Of a DNA stretch of 64,000 nucleotides, positions 1 to 7,782 are shown one piece after another; positions within the stretch are counted from its first letter, which is position 1; each line of letters starts with the position of its first letter. Both the position numbers and the translations under genes were made by a program. Origin of the DNA: Minisyncoccota bacterium (GTDB lineage: Bacteria > Patescibacteriota > Microgenomatia > UBA1400 > UBA12028); NCBI GenBank assembly GCA_016211945.1, contig JACRHV010000004.1:263472-327471 (forward strand), read 5' to 3'. The notes beneath the pieces were generated by a model that searched no databases, had not been told where the DNA came from, and saw only the letters and a program-made list of their open reading frames with translations.

Positions 1-300
1 CGCCACCAAGGCTGTCATGAGTTTTGTGAGCGAGGCCGGATAGAGTTGGACATCGGGGTTTTTCTCATACAAAATCGCGCCGGATTCTACATCAATGACA
101 ATTGCCGCCTTTGCGGTAAGTGCTGATTTGCGTGAATTTTTTGGAACAGGAATTGTTGCTTCTGTTGGAATAGCAATGGGCGATTCTTGGTACTGCGGAA
201 CTCCGGGATGCAGTGTGTACTGCTGAATCGTGTTCCAACCCGGTTGAATCGCTAACAACAATGAAAAGAGCGCGAGTGTAACTTTTTGTTTCCGGTCCAT
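1..300 (-). CDS. D-alanyl-D-alanine carboxypeptidase (serine-type, PBP5/6-like). N-terminal portion; the gene continues beyond the window start
   Basis: Reverse-strand translation from the ATG at 298-300 gives MDRKQKVTLALFSLLLAIQPGW...AAIVIDVESGAILYEKNPDVQLYPASLTKLMTALVA. It has a signal-anchor followed by the SxxK active-site motif (SLTK) typical of DD-carboxypeptidases. It is co-directional with aspS immediately upstream. Confidence 0.55.
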   Translation of the reverse strand, partial: MDRKQKVTLALFSLLLAIQPGWNTIQQYTLHPGVPQYQESPIAIPTEATIPVPKNSRKSALTAKAAIVIDVESGAILYEKNPDVQLYPASLTKLMTALVA

Positions 301-304
301 GGGT

Positions 305-1714
305 CTATTTTTTCTCCACTTTCTTTATTTGAAGTGCTAACTCATCCAACTGTTCCTGAGTAACCGGTGCTGGTGCATCCATCACTGCGGTACGACCTGT
401 GGAGGTCATTGGAAATGCAATCGCTTCTCTTAATGAAGTTTCGCCGGCAAGAATCATAACGTGCCGATCAAGTCCGAGCGCAATACCACCATGTGGCGGT
501 GTTCCAACCTCAAAAGCCTCGAGCATATGCCCAATGCTCGCTTGAATCTCAGCATCAGAGTATCCCATGGTGCGCATGGTTGCTCGCAACACCTCGGGTT
601 CATGCGCCCGAATACTTCCGCCGCCAGCCTCGTATCCGTTGCACACTAAGTCATATTGCGTTGTTAAAATTTCCCCGGTATGCTCGCCTTTTAAATGCCA
701 TTCCACATGGTCATCAATCGGGCGACTGAATGGATTGTGCGTAAAGGTCCATCCACTCTTTCCATCACGAACTTCAGCAACATCTCCTTTATCAACTTGT
801 TTGAAAAATGGAAATTTTATAACCCAAGCAAAAGCTAGTGTTCCGTCTTTTTTTTCTTCCTCGGTACGCAGGTCAAATTTATCTGCGCCAAATTTTTTGA
901 CTGCATCAGCGTATTCAAATATCGGAAATGTCTCATCTTTAAGTTTTCCGCCAACTGTTTTTATCGCAGTTTTTACCACATCTTCCACGGTTTTCATCAC
1001 GTCTTCTTGCTTCACAAAACTCATTTCCAAATCAAGCTGGGTGAACTCAAATCCGCGGTCAGCGCGCAAGTCTTCATCGCGCATGCATCGTGCAATTTGA
1101 TAGTATCGCTCAACGCCGGCAGTCATAAGAAGTTGTTTGTATTGCTGTGGGCTTTGCGGAAGTGCGTAGAATTTTCCAGGTTGGAATCGCGATGGCACTA
1201 AGAAGTCACGCGCACCTTCTTTTGTAGCTTTTGTAAGGAGTGGTGTTTCCACCTCAACAAATTCTCTTTTATGGAGTTCTTCGCGAATTGCCTGGAAATA
1301 CTTGGAGCGAAGCCGCATGATCTTCTGCATACGCTCTCTGCGAAGATCGAGGTAGCGGTATCGCAGTCGTACTTCCTCGTTTACTTCAAGCCCATCACCC
1401 TCAACCTGTAATGGAAGTTCCTTCGCTTTGTTCAATACCGTGTATTCCTGAACATCAATCTCAACCATTCCTGTCGCGAGTTTCTCGTTGACCATGTTTG
1501 CAGGCCGCTCTTTGATGAGTCCAACAACTTCGAGAACAGACTCTACTGTCAACTCACCCATTTTTTGAAATCCAACGCACTGCACAAAACCTGATCGATC
1601 GCGTAGATCAATAAACGTCAATTTTCCATGGTCGCGTTTTGTTGCTACCCACCCCTGAAGTTTTACTGATTCACCCACGCGTTTTGGTGCCTCACCGATC
1701 ATTGTTCTTTCCAT
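305..1714 (-). CDS. aspS: aspartyl-tRNA synthetase
   Basis: The ORF 305..1747 carries class II aaRS motifs (FHNPFSRP, QSPQQYKQLLM, GLDRHVMILAGETSLREAIAFP). Start refined to the internal ATG at 1712-1714 (MERTMIGEAP...), which is preceded by AGGAGGAACT. Confidence 0.9.
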   Translation of the reverse strand: MERTMIGEAPKRVGESVKLQGWVATKRDHGKLTFIDLRDRSGFVQCVGFQKMGELTVESVLEVVGLIKERPANMVNEKLATGMVEIDVQEYTVLNKAKELPLQVEGDGLEVNEEVRLRYRYLDLRRERMQKIMRLRSKYFQAIREELHKREFVEVETPLLTKATKEGARDFLVPSRFQPGKFYALPQSPQQYKQLLMTAGVERYYQIARCMRDEDLRADRGFEFTQLDLEMSFVKQEDVMKTVEDVVKTAIKTVGGKLKDETFPIFEYADAVKKFGADKFDLRTEEEKKDGTLAFAWVIKFPFFKQVDKGDVAEVRDGKSGWTFTHNPFSRPIDDHVEWHLKGEHTGEILTTQYDLVCNGYEAGGGSIRAHEPEVLRATMRTMGYSDAEIQASIGHMLEAFEVGTPPHGGIALGLDRHVMILAGETSLREAIAFPMTSTGRTAVMDAPAPVTQEQLDELALQIKKVEKK

Positions 1715-1747
1715 AGTTCCTCCTGTTTTTCCTGCGTATTCGGGCAT

Positions 1748-2060
1748 AAAAAAAGCACGATGCCCTTTATCTGCGAAAGGGTCTTCGTGCCTGAAGACGG
1801 TGCCACCTACTCGTATCTTATTCCAGCTATTTCGGGCTTACCCGATGCGGCTCATCTGGTGTCAACAGCGTCCATACCGCATAACTTCTGAGGAAAGTGT
1901 ACCAAAAATTGGGAGCTTGACAAGACCCAGTTCCAAGGGGTATCCTTCACAAGATCATGAAAAACTGTTGGCATCTCATTACCAATCAATACATTTTTGT
2001 CCTTCGCGGACAGAGAGGTTTGGTGGCGTAGATGCAGTAGATTAGCAGCAGAAACGAAAT
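1748..2060 (-). promoter_or_regulatory. Putative T-box riboswitch leader controlling aspS
   Basis: On the minus strand immediately 5' of the aspS SD: T-box-like core AGUAGGUGGCACCGUC (GGTGG-N-ACCG; the + strand reads cggtgccacc at 1798-1807). It is followed by an intrinsic terminator GCACGAAGACCCUUUCG...AAAGGGCAUCGUGC plus a U7 run (+ coordinates 1748-1790). An alternative antiterminator pairing GUCUUC/GAAGAC overlaps the terminator 5' arm. The UGGC bulge would pair with the GCCA 3' end of tRNA-Asp (discriminator G). Stem I and the specifier were not resolved by eye. Confidence 0.5.
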
Positions 2061-2062
2061 AC

Positions 2063-2093
2063 CAAACCTCCGAAAAGAATCGGAGGTTTTTTT
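2063..2093. terminator. Stable hairpin with flanking A- and T-runs (bidirectional intrinsic-terminator-like)
   Basis: AAACCTCCGAAAAGAATCGGAGGTTTTTTTG has an 8-bp GC-containing stem and a T7 run on the + strand. It sits between the aspS leader region and the first small ORF at 2120. Confidence 0.4.
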
Positions 2094-2119
2094 GTTTCTA
2101 GGGAAAGGAGGAGAAAATA

Positions 2120-2290
2120 CATGGAGAAAAATAGCGGTCGAGTAGAAATGCCAATGCTTCCAGTGTCGCTCGAGGGTTGGCATGAAGAATCGAATACTAT
2201 AGGTACACAACATATGCAGAAGTATGTGAGTTCTGCATTGCGGATGCGTGCGAGTTTAGAGCGAAAAAATATACAAGAAAAAAGAAAATA
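2120..2290 (+). CDS. small hypothetical protein (56 aa)
   Basis: ATG preceded by GGAAAGGAGGAGAAAATAC. Translation MEKNSGRVEMPMLPVSLEGWHEESNTIGTQHMQKYVSSALRMRASLERKNIQEKRK. Below the 60-aa cut-off of the supplied ORF track. First of four consecutive SD-led small ORFs. Confidence 0.35.
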
Positions 2291-2300
2291 AGGAGGAAAG

Positions 2301-2474
2301 ATGAGTAATGAAAAAGACCCCGTACGAGAAGCAGCAATTCAAGCACTAACTTCTCGAGGTATTACACCAGAAGAAATGAGTTCTGACCAATATGAGGCAG
2401 CTGTAAAAAAACAAATGGAAGCAATTAGTATCACAAGTACAGCGGTGAGGTTATTGGCTGGAGCAACAAATTAA
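2301..2474 (+). CDS. small hypothetical protein (57 aa)
   Basis: ATG preceded by AAGGAGGAAAG. Translation MSNEKDPVREAAIQALTSRGITPEEMSSDQYEAAVKKQMEAISITSTAVRLLAGATN. Not in the ORF track (<60 aa). Confidence 0.4.
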   Translation: MSNEKDPVREAAIQALTSRGITPEEMSSDQYEAAVKKQMEAISITSTAVRLLAGATN

Positions 2475-2487
2475 ACAAAGGAGAACT

Positions 2488-2685
2488 ATGCCAAATTTTG
2501 ATACATTACAACCAGAAAAAGTGGCGGCTATTACAAAAGCGATTAAAAATAAAAATACTGCTTATCTAAATGATGGTGATGGTGATTTATTTATTGCCGT
2601 TTTACGTGGAGAAATAGAACTTCCAGATGTTTCTTCTGCGTTCATTACTACTGCGCGTGAGTGGTATCAATCATTGACTTCTTAG
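2488..2685 (+). CDS. small hypothetical protein (65 aa) with a DGDGD acidic motif
   Basis: ORF-track entry. ATG preceded by AAAGGAGAACT. Contains LNDGDGDLFIAVLRGEIELPD. Confidence 0.4.
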   Translation: MPNFDTLQPEKVAAITKAIKNKNTAYLNDGDGDLFIAVLRGEIELPDVSSAFITTAREWYQSLTS

Positions 2686-2696
2686 TCGGAACAAAT

Positions 2697-3053
2697 ATGA
2701 CAGATAAGTTACTCGTTGTTGTTGGCGGTATCCACAATACTGAGGTTCGTAAACTAGGAAATAGTGTATCCGGAAACGTGCTCGTTGACGGAAATTATCG
2801 AGATATTATTCCTAAAATACGAGAAAAAAGACCCCACACCGTTGTCGTTTGCGGTGCATTAATTGCAGTATGTATAGGAAGAATAGCAGAGGCTGCATTA
2901 GAATATGGGTCCAACGTTATTATCGACCTCAAGCACTGTCGTATAGATGAACATGATTCTGGAGATACAAGTAATCTTGACAAAAGACATGCTGAACTCA
3001 ATACCTATTGGCCACATGTTGTTGATGACCAAAATGTACAAATTATTTCCTAA
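2697..3053 (+). CDS. hypothetical protein (118 aa), possible small alpha/beta fold
   Basis: In-frame ATG inside track ORF 2661..3053. Translation MTDKLLVVVGGIHNTEVRKLGN...VVVCGALIAVCIGRIAEAALEYGSNVIIDLKH. Alternating hydrophobic beta-strand-like segments. No recognisable family. Confidence 0.35.
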   Translation: MTDKLLVVVGGIHNTEVRKLGNSVSGNVLVDGNYRDIIPKIREKRPHTVVVCGALIAVCIGRIAEAALEYGSNVIIDLKHCRIDEHDSGDTSNLDKRHAELNTYWPHVVDDQNVQIIS

Positions 3054-3056
3054 TTC

Positions 3057-4820
3057 TTACTCTATATCCTTCCCAATCATCTGAATTTCTGTCCTTCCAT
3101 TCCACACATTAATCTGCAACATCCCAACAATATCCATTGTCTGTCCAATTCGTAGATCCCGCATCATCCCTGCTTTTCCAAAAAATAGTATTGGGAACTG
3201 CATATCATCGCTCCCACGGACGACAACTTTCAGGTGTTGTTTCTCTTTTCCCATCACCTGCGCATCGAGCAACTTCAGACCGCGAACTGCAAAAAATGGA
3301 GTGGGATTTGCCGAACCAAACGGTTCAAATATTTCTAAAGATTTTACTGTTTCTGCTCGAACAAGCTTCACATCAATCTCGCACTCTACCGGCAGTGTTT
3401 TTACTAATAACTCTTTTCCGATAGTTTCCTTCGCCAACTTTCGCAGTTTTTCTGTAAATATTGCAATATTCTCGTTCAACAATGAGAATCCTGCGGCCAT
3501 TGGGTGACCACCAACGTCGATCAGCTCATCTCGTACTTTTCGCAGCAATTCGGTAATATGAATACCGGCAAGTGAGCGTGCGCTTCCCTTTGCAATTTTC
3601 TCTCTTCGAGAAATCACGATTGCAGGTTTTGCAAAATCCTCAACTAACTTTCCAGCAACCAACCCAATAACTCCTTCATGAAACTCAGTGCTTTCCACGA
3701 TAATAATGTGATCGTCCTGCCAACTTTCTTGATGTTTCCGTGCGAACTCGATCATCGAGGTGGTGAGTGTTTGTCGTTCGATATTCGTGTTCTGCACCTT
3801 GCTCGCGTACATGCGTGCAGTCTCGATCTTCTTGCTACAGAGCATCCGCAGTCCATCTTTTGGATCACCAATGCGTCCCATCGCATTGATGCGTGGCGCG
3901 ATCGCGTAATTAATGGCGTATGTATCAATCAATTCTTTTTGGAGTTGCGCAACCTCGATGAGCATGAGGAGGCCGGGGCGAGTTGTTTTCCGCAGCGCCT
4001 CAATACCAAACTTCGCAAAACTCCTGTTTGCACCCAGAAGGGGAACTTGATCCGCGATAGTAGCGATCGCACAGAGATCGAGCATTGACTCGGCTTTTTT
4101 TGGATTGAGTTCACGCGCGAGCATCCAGCCAACCGTGGTGCCGCAAAGATGCGTTGTGTGGATAATCACATCGGCAACCGGAAAAATAGGAGAAGAGGTC
4201 CGACCTCCTTTTTTTCTCTCTGGTTGGTGGTGATCAGTTAAGATCGTATGAACTCCCGCGGCTTTGAGCCGCGCAAATCCCTCGAGGGCAACGATGCCAT
4301 TATCAACGCTGATGAGGAGGTCCGACCTCTTCGGTGTTTTTTGAGAACCCTCGAGCACTTCATCGAGAGCCACCGGGGATAACCCATATCCATGTCGTTT
4401 TCTGTCTGGAATAAACGGCATCGCCTTTATTCCCATCTCGTACAATGTCTCCCATAACACCGAGGTTCCGCAAATTCCATCACAGTCATAGTCACCAAAA
4501 ACCACAACGTTCCAGTTTTCTCTTTTTGCCTGTTCAATCAGGGAAATTGCTTTCTTCATTTCCTTGGGATCGATACCAACGTCTTTGAGCGTGAGAGAAA
4601 GTGGCGAGGGGGGAGATCGGAACAAGGTCCGACCTCTTTCTTTCACAAGGCCGCGGTTTTCAAACAAAACAGCAGTGAGTTCATCCGCATTTTTCGGCAC
4701 AGTTGGAGACTGTATTTTCCATTGCATGGACAGCATCATACCAGATTTCGCCATGATATGATTGAGGTATGAGAGACATAAAATTCGCGCTTCCTCCAGC
4801 AGTGCAAAAAATTCTTTCAA
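3057..4820 (-). CDS. recJ: single-stranded-DNA-specific exonuclease RecJ
   Basis: DHH motif region VVVFGDYDCDGICGTSVL, DHHQP, DHH-associated domain and C-terminal OB-like region. The true start is probably one of the internal Met (around 4727-4754) because cca begins at 4769 on the opposite strand. Confidence 0.85.
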   Translation of the reverse strand: MKEFFALLEEARILCLSYLNHIMAKSGMMLSMQWKIQSPTVPKNADELTAVLFENRGLVKERGRTLFRSPPSPLSLTLKDVGIDPKEMKKAISLIEQAKRENWNVVVFGDYDCDGICGTSVLWETLYEMGIKAMPFIPDRKRHGYGLSPVALDEVLEGSQKTPKRSDLLISVDNGIVALEGFARLKAAGVHTILTDHHQPERKKGGRTSSPIFPVADVIIHTTHLCGTTVGWMLARELNPKKAESMLDLCAIATIADQVPLLGANRSFAKFGIEALRKTTRPGLLMLIEVAQLQKELIDTYAINYAIAPRINAMGRIGDPKDGLRMLCSKKIETARMYASKVQNTNIERQTLTTSMIEFARKHQESWQDDHIIIVESTEFHEGVIGLVAGKLVEDFAKPAIVISRREKIAKGSARSLAGIHITELLRKVRDELIDVGGHPMAAGFSLLNENIAIFTEKLRKLAKETIGKELLVKTLPVECEIDVKLVRAETVKSLEIFEPFGSANPTPFFAVRGLKLLDAQVMGKEKQHLKVVVRGSDDMQFPILFFGKAGMMRDLRIGQTMDIVGMLQINVWNGRTEIQMIGKDIE

Positions 4821-6118
4821 CGCTTCATACCGCGGGATTTGATGGATATATCGTTGGTGGCGCGGTGCGCGATGTTTTGTTGGACAAACCCGTAAAAGAC
4901 TGGGACTTTACGACCAACGCAACGCCGGAACAAATCCAAAAACTTTTCCCTGACAGTTTTTATGATAACCAGTTTGGTACTGTTGGTATCGCCGGCAAAC
5001 ATCTCAATGATAAAGAAAATCCGGAGGCGGTGTACGAAATTACCACCTACCGTAGTGAAGGTCTCTATACAGATCATCGCCGCCCCGACTCCGTAACTTG
5101 GGGAAAAACGGTGGAGGAGGATCTCCAACGCCGTGATTTTACGATCAATGCGATGGCTCTTGGTGAAAACAAAATTATTGACCCCTATCATGGTCAAGAT
5201 GATATTAAAAATCATGTGATTCGAGCGGTTGGCGATCCAAGCATGCGGTTTCAAGAGGATGCGCTTCGTATGATGCGCGCGGTTCGCATTGGCGCACAGT
5301 TGGGATTTGCGGTTGAACAACTCACTATAGCGGCGATCACACAGAATGCTCATCTCCTTGAACACATTAGCTGGGAACGTATTCGTGATGAGTTTTTGAA
5401 AATCCTCGTTTCTGATTATCCGGAAGAAGGAATTCAACTCCTCGCATCCACCAACCTGTTAAAGCATATTTTGCCGGAACTTTTGGAGTGCCGAGGAGTC
5501 CAACAAGCACACCATCATATTTACGATGTGTGGACACATACGCTCAAAGCGGTAAACACCTGTCCCTCAAAAGATCCTATTGTGAGACTTGCTGTTCTTT
5601 TGCATGACATTGCCAAACCACTGACTGCGGACACGAGTTCTGGTACTGTCACGTTTTATAATCACGAAGTTTTGGGTGCGCGCGTTGCGCGGAAAGTCGC
5701 GGAACGATTCCGACTGTCTAAAAAAGATATTCAGCGCGTATTTATGCTCGTGCGATGGCATATGTTCGTCTACGACCCAAAGGTCACTGACGCGTACATC
5801 CGTCGATTTATCCGGCGGGTGGGAGTCGAGTACATTTCGGACATGATTGCGTTACGCGTGGCGGATCGGGTTGGAAGTGGCGCTACGGCTACAAGTTGGC
5901 GGTTGGAGGAGATGCAAAAACGGATTGAGGGACAGCTCCAAAAAACGTTTTCTATGAATGATATGGCGATTGATGGCAATGACTTGATGAAAGAATTTGG
6001 TTTGAGACCGGGGCCAGAAGTTGGAAAACTATTGAAGATGTTGTTTAAGGATGTCGTGGAGCATCCGGAACATAATACAAAAGAATATTTAATGGAGAAG
6101 GCGAAGAAACTTCTATAG
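4769..6118 (+). CDS. cca: CCA-adding tRNA nucleotidyltransferase with HD domain
   Basis: GGAVRD polymerase-beta motif near the N-terminus; HD motif region (HDIAKP, VADRVGSG); length 449 aa. Confidence 0.85.
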   Translation: MRDIKFALPPAVQKILSTLHTAGFDGYIVGGAVRDVLLDKPVKDWDFTTNATPEQIQKLFPDSFYDNQFGTVGIAGKHLNDKENPEAVYEITTYRSEGLYTDHRRPDSVTWGKTVEEDLQRRDFTINAMALGENKIIDPYHGQDDIKNHVIRAVGDPSMRFQEDALRMMRAVRIGAQLGFAVEQLTIAAITQNAHLLEHISWERIRDEFLKILVSDYPEEGIQLLASTNLLKHILPELLECRGVQQAHHHIYDVWTHTLKAVNTCPSKDPIVRLAVLLHDIAKPLTADTSSGTVTFYNHEVLGARVARKVAERFRLSKKDIQRVFMLVRWHMFVYDPKVTDAYIRRFIRRVGVEYISDMIALRVADRVGSGATATSWRLEEMQKRIEGQLQKTFSMNDMAIDGNDLMKEFGLRPGPEVGKLLKMLFKDVVEHPEHNTKEYLMEKAKKLL

Positions 6119-6125
6119 TCCTCAA

Positions 6126-6443
6126 CTATTTCTTCATAAAATAATCTACAAATGCCTTATTAAAATAGCTGAGCATTGCAACCCCCAATTTTGGCAACCT
6201 CAATAGCACTTCATCTAACTCAGCCGCCACTTCAAGAATACTCATTTTGCTTTGAATAAAAATGTTTACCATGCGCAAAGCTGTTCCCGAATCAATTTTA
6301 AATTCTTCAATGAGTAAATTTCGAAATTGATCCCAAGTAAAGCTTTCTAACTTGACATTTACCCTTTGTCTTACTGCTTCAATTCTGTCTGTATGTGAAG
6401 AATATGTGTGTTCGCCCGCCATTTCAATTATCTTGTTTGTCAT
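6126..6443 (-). CDS. hypothetical protein (105 aa)
   Basis: ORF-track entry. Start preceded by TAAGGAGGCAT on the minus strand. 8 nt downstream of the preceding small ORF. No family recognised. Confidence 0.4.
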   Translation of the reverse strand: MTNKIIEMAGEHTYSSHTDRIEAVRQRVNVKLESFTWDQFRNLLIEEFKIDSGTALRMVNIFIQSKMSILEVAAELDEVLLRLPKLGVAMLSYFNKAFVDYFMKK

Positions 6444-6451
6444 ATGCCTCC

Positions 6452-6811
6452 TTAATTTGTCGTCTCTTTTGGATGTATTTTTTCATAATATGCATTGACA
6501 ACTCGAACAAGCGTATTTCTCAACGTTGCATCCCAAGCAACATCATCTTCATTCATTGCAAAGAGATCGACGAGTGAAAACGTTTGCATTTGCATAAACT
6601 GTACAACTGCTCGAATTTCATCATCTGTGAACGTACCATCTAATGTTTGTCTCAGCTCTGTAAAAGCAGTGCGAGCGTGTTTATCTGTAATTTCCGATAA
6701 ATACGCAGTTACTATTGGTTTTTTCGGATGTCCATTAAAAAGAACATAAATCTCCCCTGTATTTCCTGACTGATCTAACGGGAGACCTACCGCTTTTACA
6801 ATATCTTTCAT
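6452..6811 (-). CDS. hypothetical protein (about 119 aa)
   Basis: Track ORF 6452..6826 begins with TTG. An internal ATG (MKDIVKAVGL...) is preceded by GGAGGAGACTCAT, so the start is placed at 6811. Confidence 0.4.
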   Translation of the reverse strand: MKDIVKAVGLPLDQSGNTGEIYVLFNGHPKKPIVTAYLSEITDKHARTAFTELRQTLDGTFTDDEIRAVVQFMQMQTFSLVDLFAMNEDDVAWDATLRNTLVRVVNAYYEKIHPKETTN

Positions 6812-6900
6812 ATGAGTCTCCTCCAATACCGAAATCGAACAAATGCAACAGGAAAAAATGTTCTCACATCAATCCTTTCAGGACAGACAACCGCATTGTA

Positions 6901-7782
6901 TCACTTCCGTCTTTTCCGGACAAACGCATCCCACACGACTAACAACGGTGCCGCAGTAAAGGTTGAGGAGTACGTTCCTGTTACTGTTCCCACCAACAAC
7001 GCGAACACAAACCACTGAATTGTGTTTCCTCCAAACAACCACAGCACAAAAAGCATAAAAATAATGGTCATGGAGTTGTTAATGGATCGTGACATTGTTT
7101 CTGTCACCGCAGTATCAACCAAATCAATATACGGTTTCCCCGTGTTCCTGCGACGAAGTTCGCGGATACGATCGTAGACCACAATCGTATCGTGCACACT
7201 GAACGACAGAATCGTCAAAACTGCCGTGACAAACAAGACATCAACCTCAACATGCATAAAGTGCCCAAGCAAACTGAATACGCCAAACAACACAAGTGAG
7301 TCGTGGAACATTGCTAATACCGCGCACACCCCATACTTCAATTCACTAAAGCGGTAGGCGACATAGAGTGTGATACCGCTTGCAGACAGTAACATCGCGA
7401 TCAATGTTTTCACAAGAAGTTCTCGACCTAAAACTGGCCCCACCGTTTCAAATCTCGTTTCTTTCACCTCAGCGAATGATTGTCTCAATTTCTCCATTGC
7501 GGCATCTTTTTTTGTCGTATCAATGGGTTTTGCTTTCAATAAAATGCTTTTGTCAACAATTCGAATTTCTGAAATATCCAAACTCTCCCCAAAACCCTTT
7601 CGTATCTCATCTTCAGAAACCGCTTGTCCATCTTTTGGTTCTACAAGAACTTGCAACTCCGTTCCACCGGTAAAATCGATACTTGGCCGAAGACCATACA
7701 ACGTTAAAGAAATAAATCCCGGGATAATCACCAATCCAGAAATCAAAAAATAGAGCCATGTAAATCGCATAAATCGAATCAT
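6901..7782 (-). CDS. secF: protein translocase subunit SecF
   Basis: 293 aa, multi-TM, SecD/SecF family signature. Overlaps the secD stop (ATGA-type coupling at 7779-7782). Confidence 0.9.
   Translation of the reverse strand: MIRFMRFTWLYFLISGLVIIPGFISLTLYGLRPSIDFTGGTELQVLVEPKDGQAVSEDEIRKGFGESLDISEIRIVDKSILLKAKPIDTTKKDAAMEKLRQSFAEVKETRFETVGPVLGRELLVKTLIAMLLSASGITLYVAYRFSELKYGVCAVLAMFHDSLVLFGVFSLLGHFMHVEVDVLFVTAVLTILSFSVHDTIVVYDRIRELRRRNTGKPYIDLVDTAVTETMSRSINNSMTIIFMLFVLWLFGGNTIQWFVFALLVGTVTGTYSSTFTAAPLLVVWDAFVRKRRK

Noticed and set aside
461-1201. Several + strand ORFs (62-177 aa) inside aspS
   Set aside because: They are antisense to a well-supported aaRS gene and have skewed composition (S/P/R-rich).
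1800-2045. 81-aa + strand ORF in the track
   Set aside because: It lies entirely inside the putative aspS leader, has no SD and has non-protein-like composition.
1750-2095. Possible RNase P RNA, tmRNA or SRP RNA on the + strand (GAGGAAAGT string, terminator-like hairpin at the 3' end)
   Set aside because: No P4 complement, no tRNA-like 3' end and no tag-peptide reading frame. The minus-strand T-box core + terminator immediately upstream of the aspS SD explains the region better.
4817-5437. 206-aa minus-strand ORF
   Set aside because: Antisense to cca, whose GGAVRD and HD motifs are intact.
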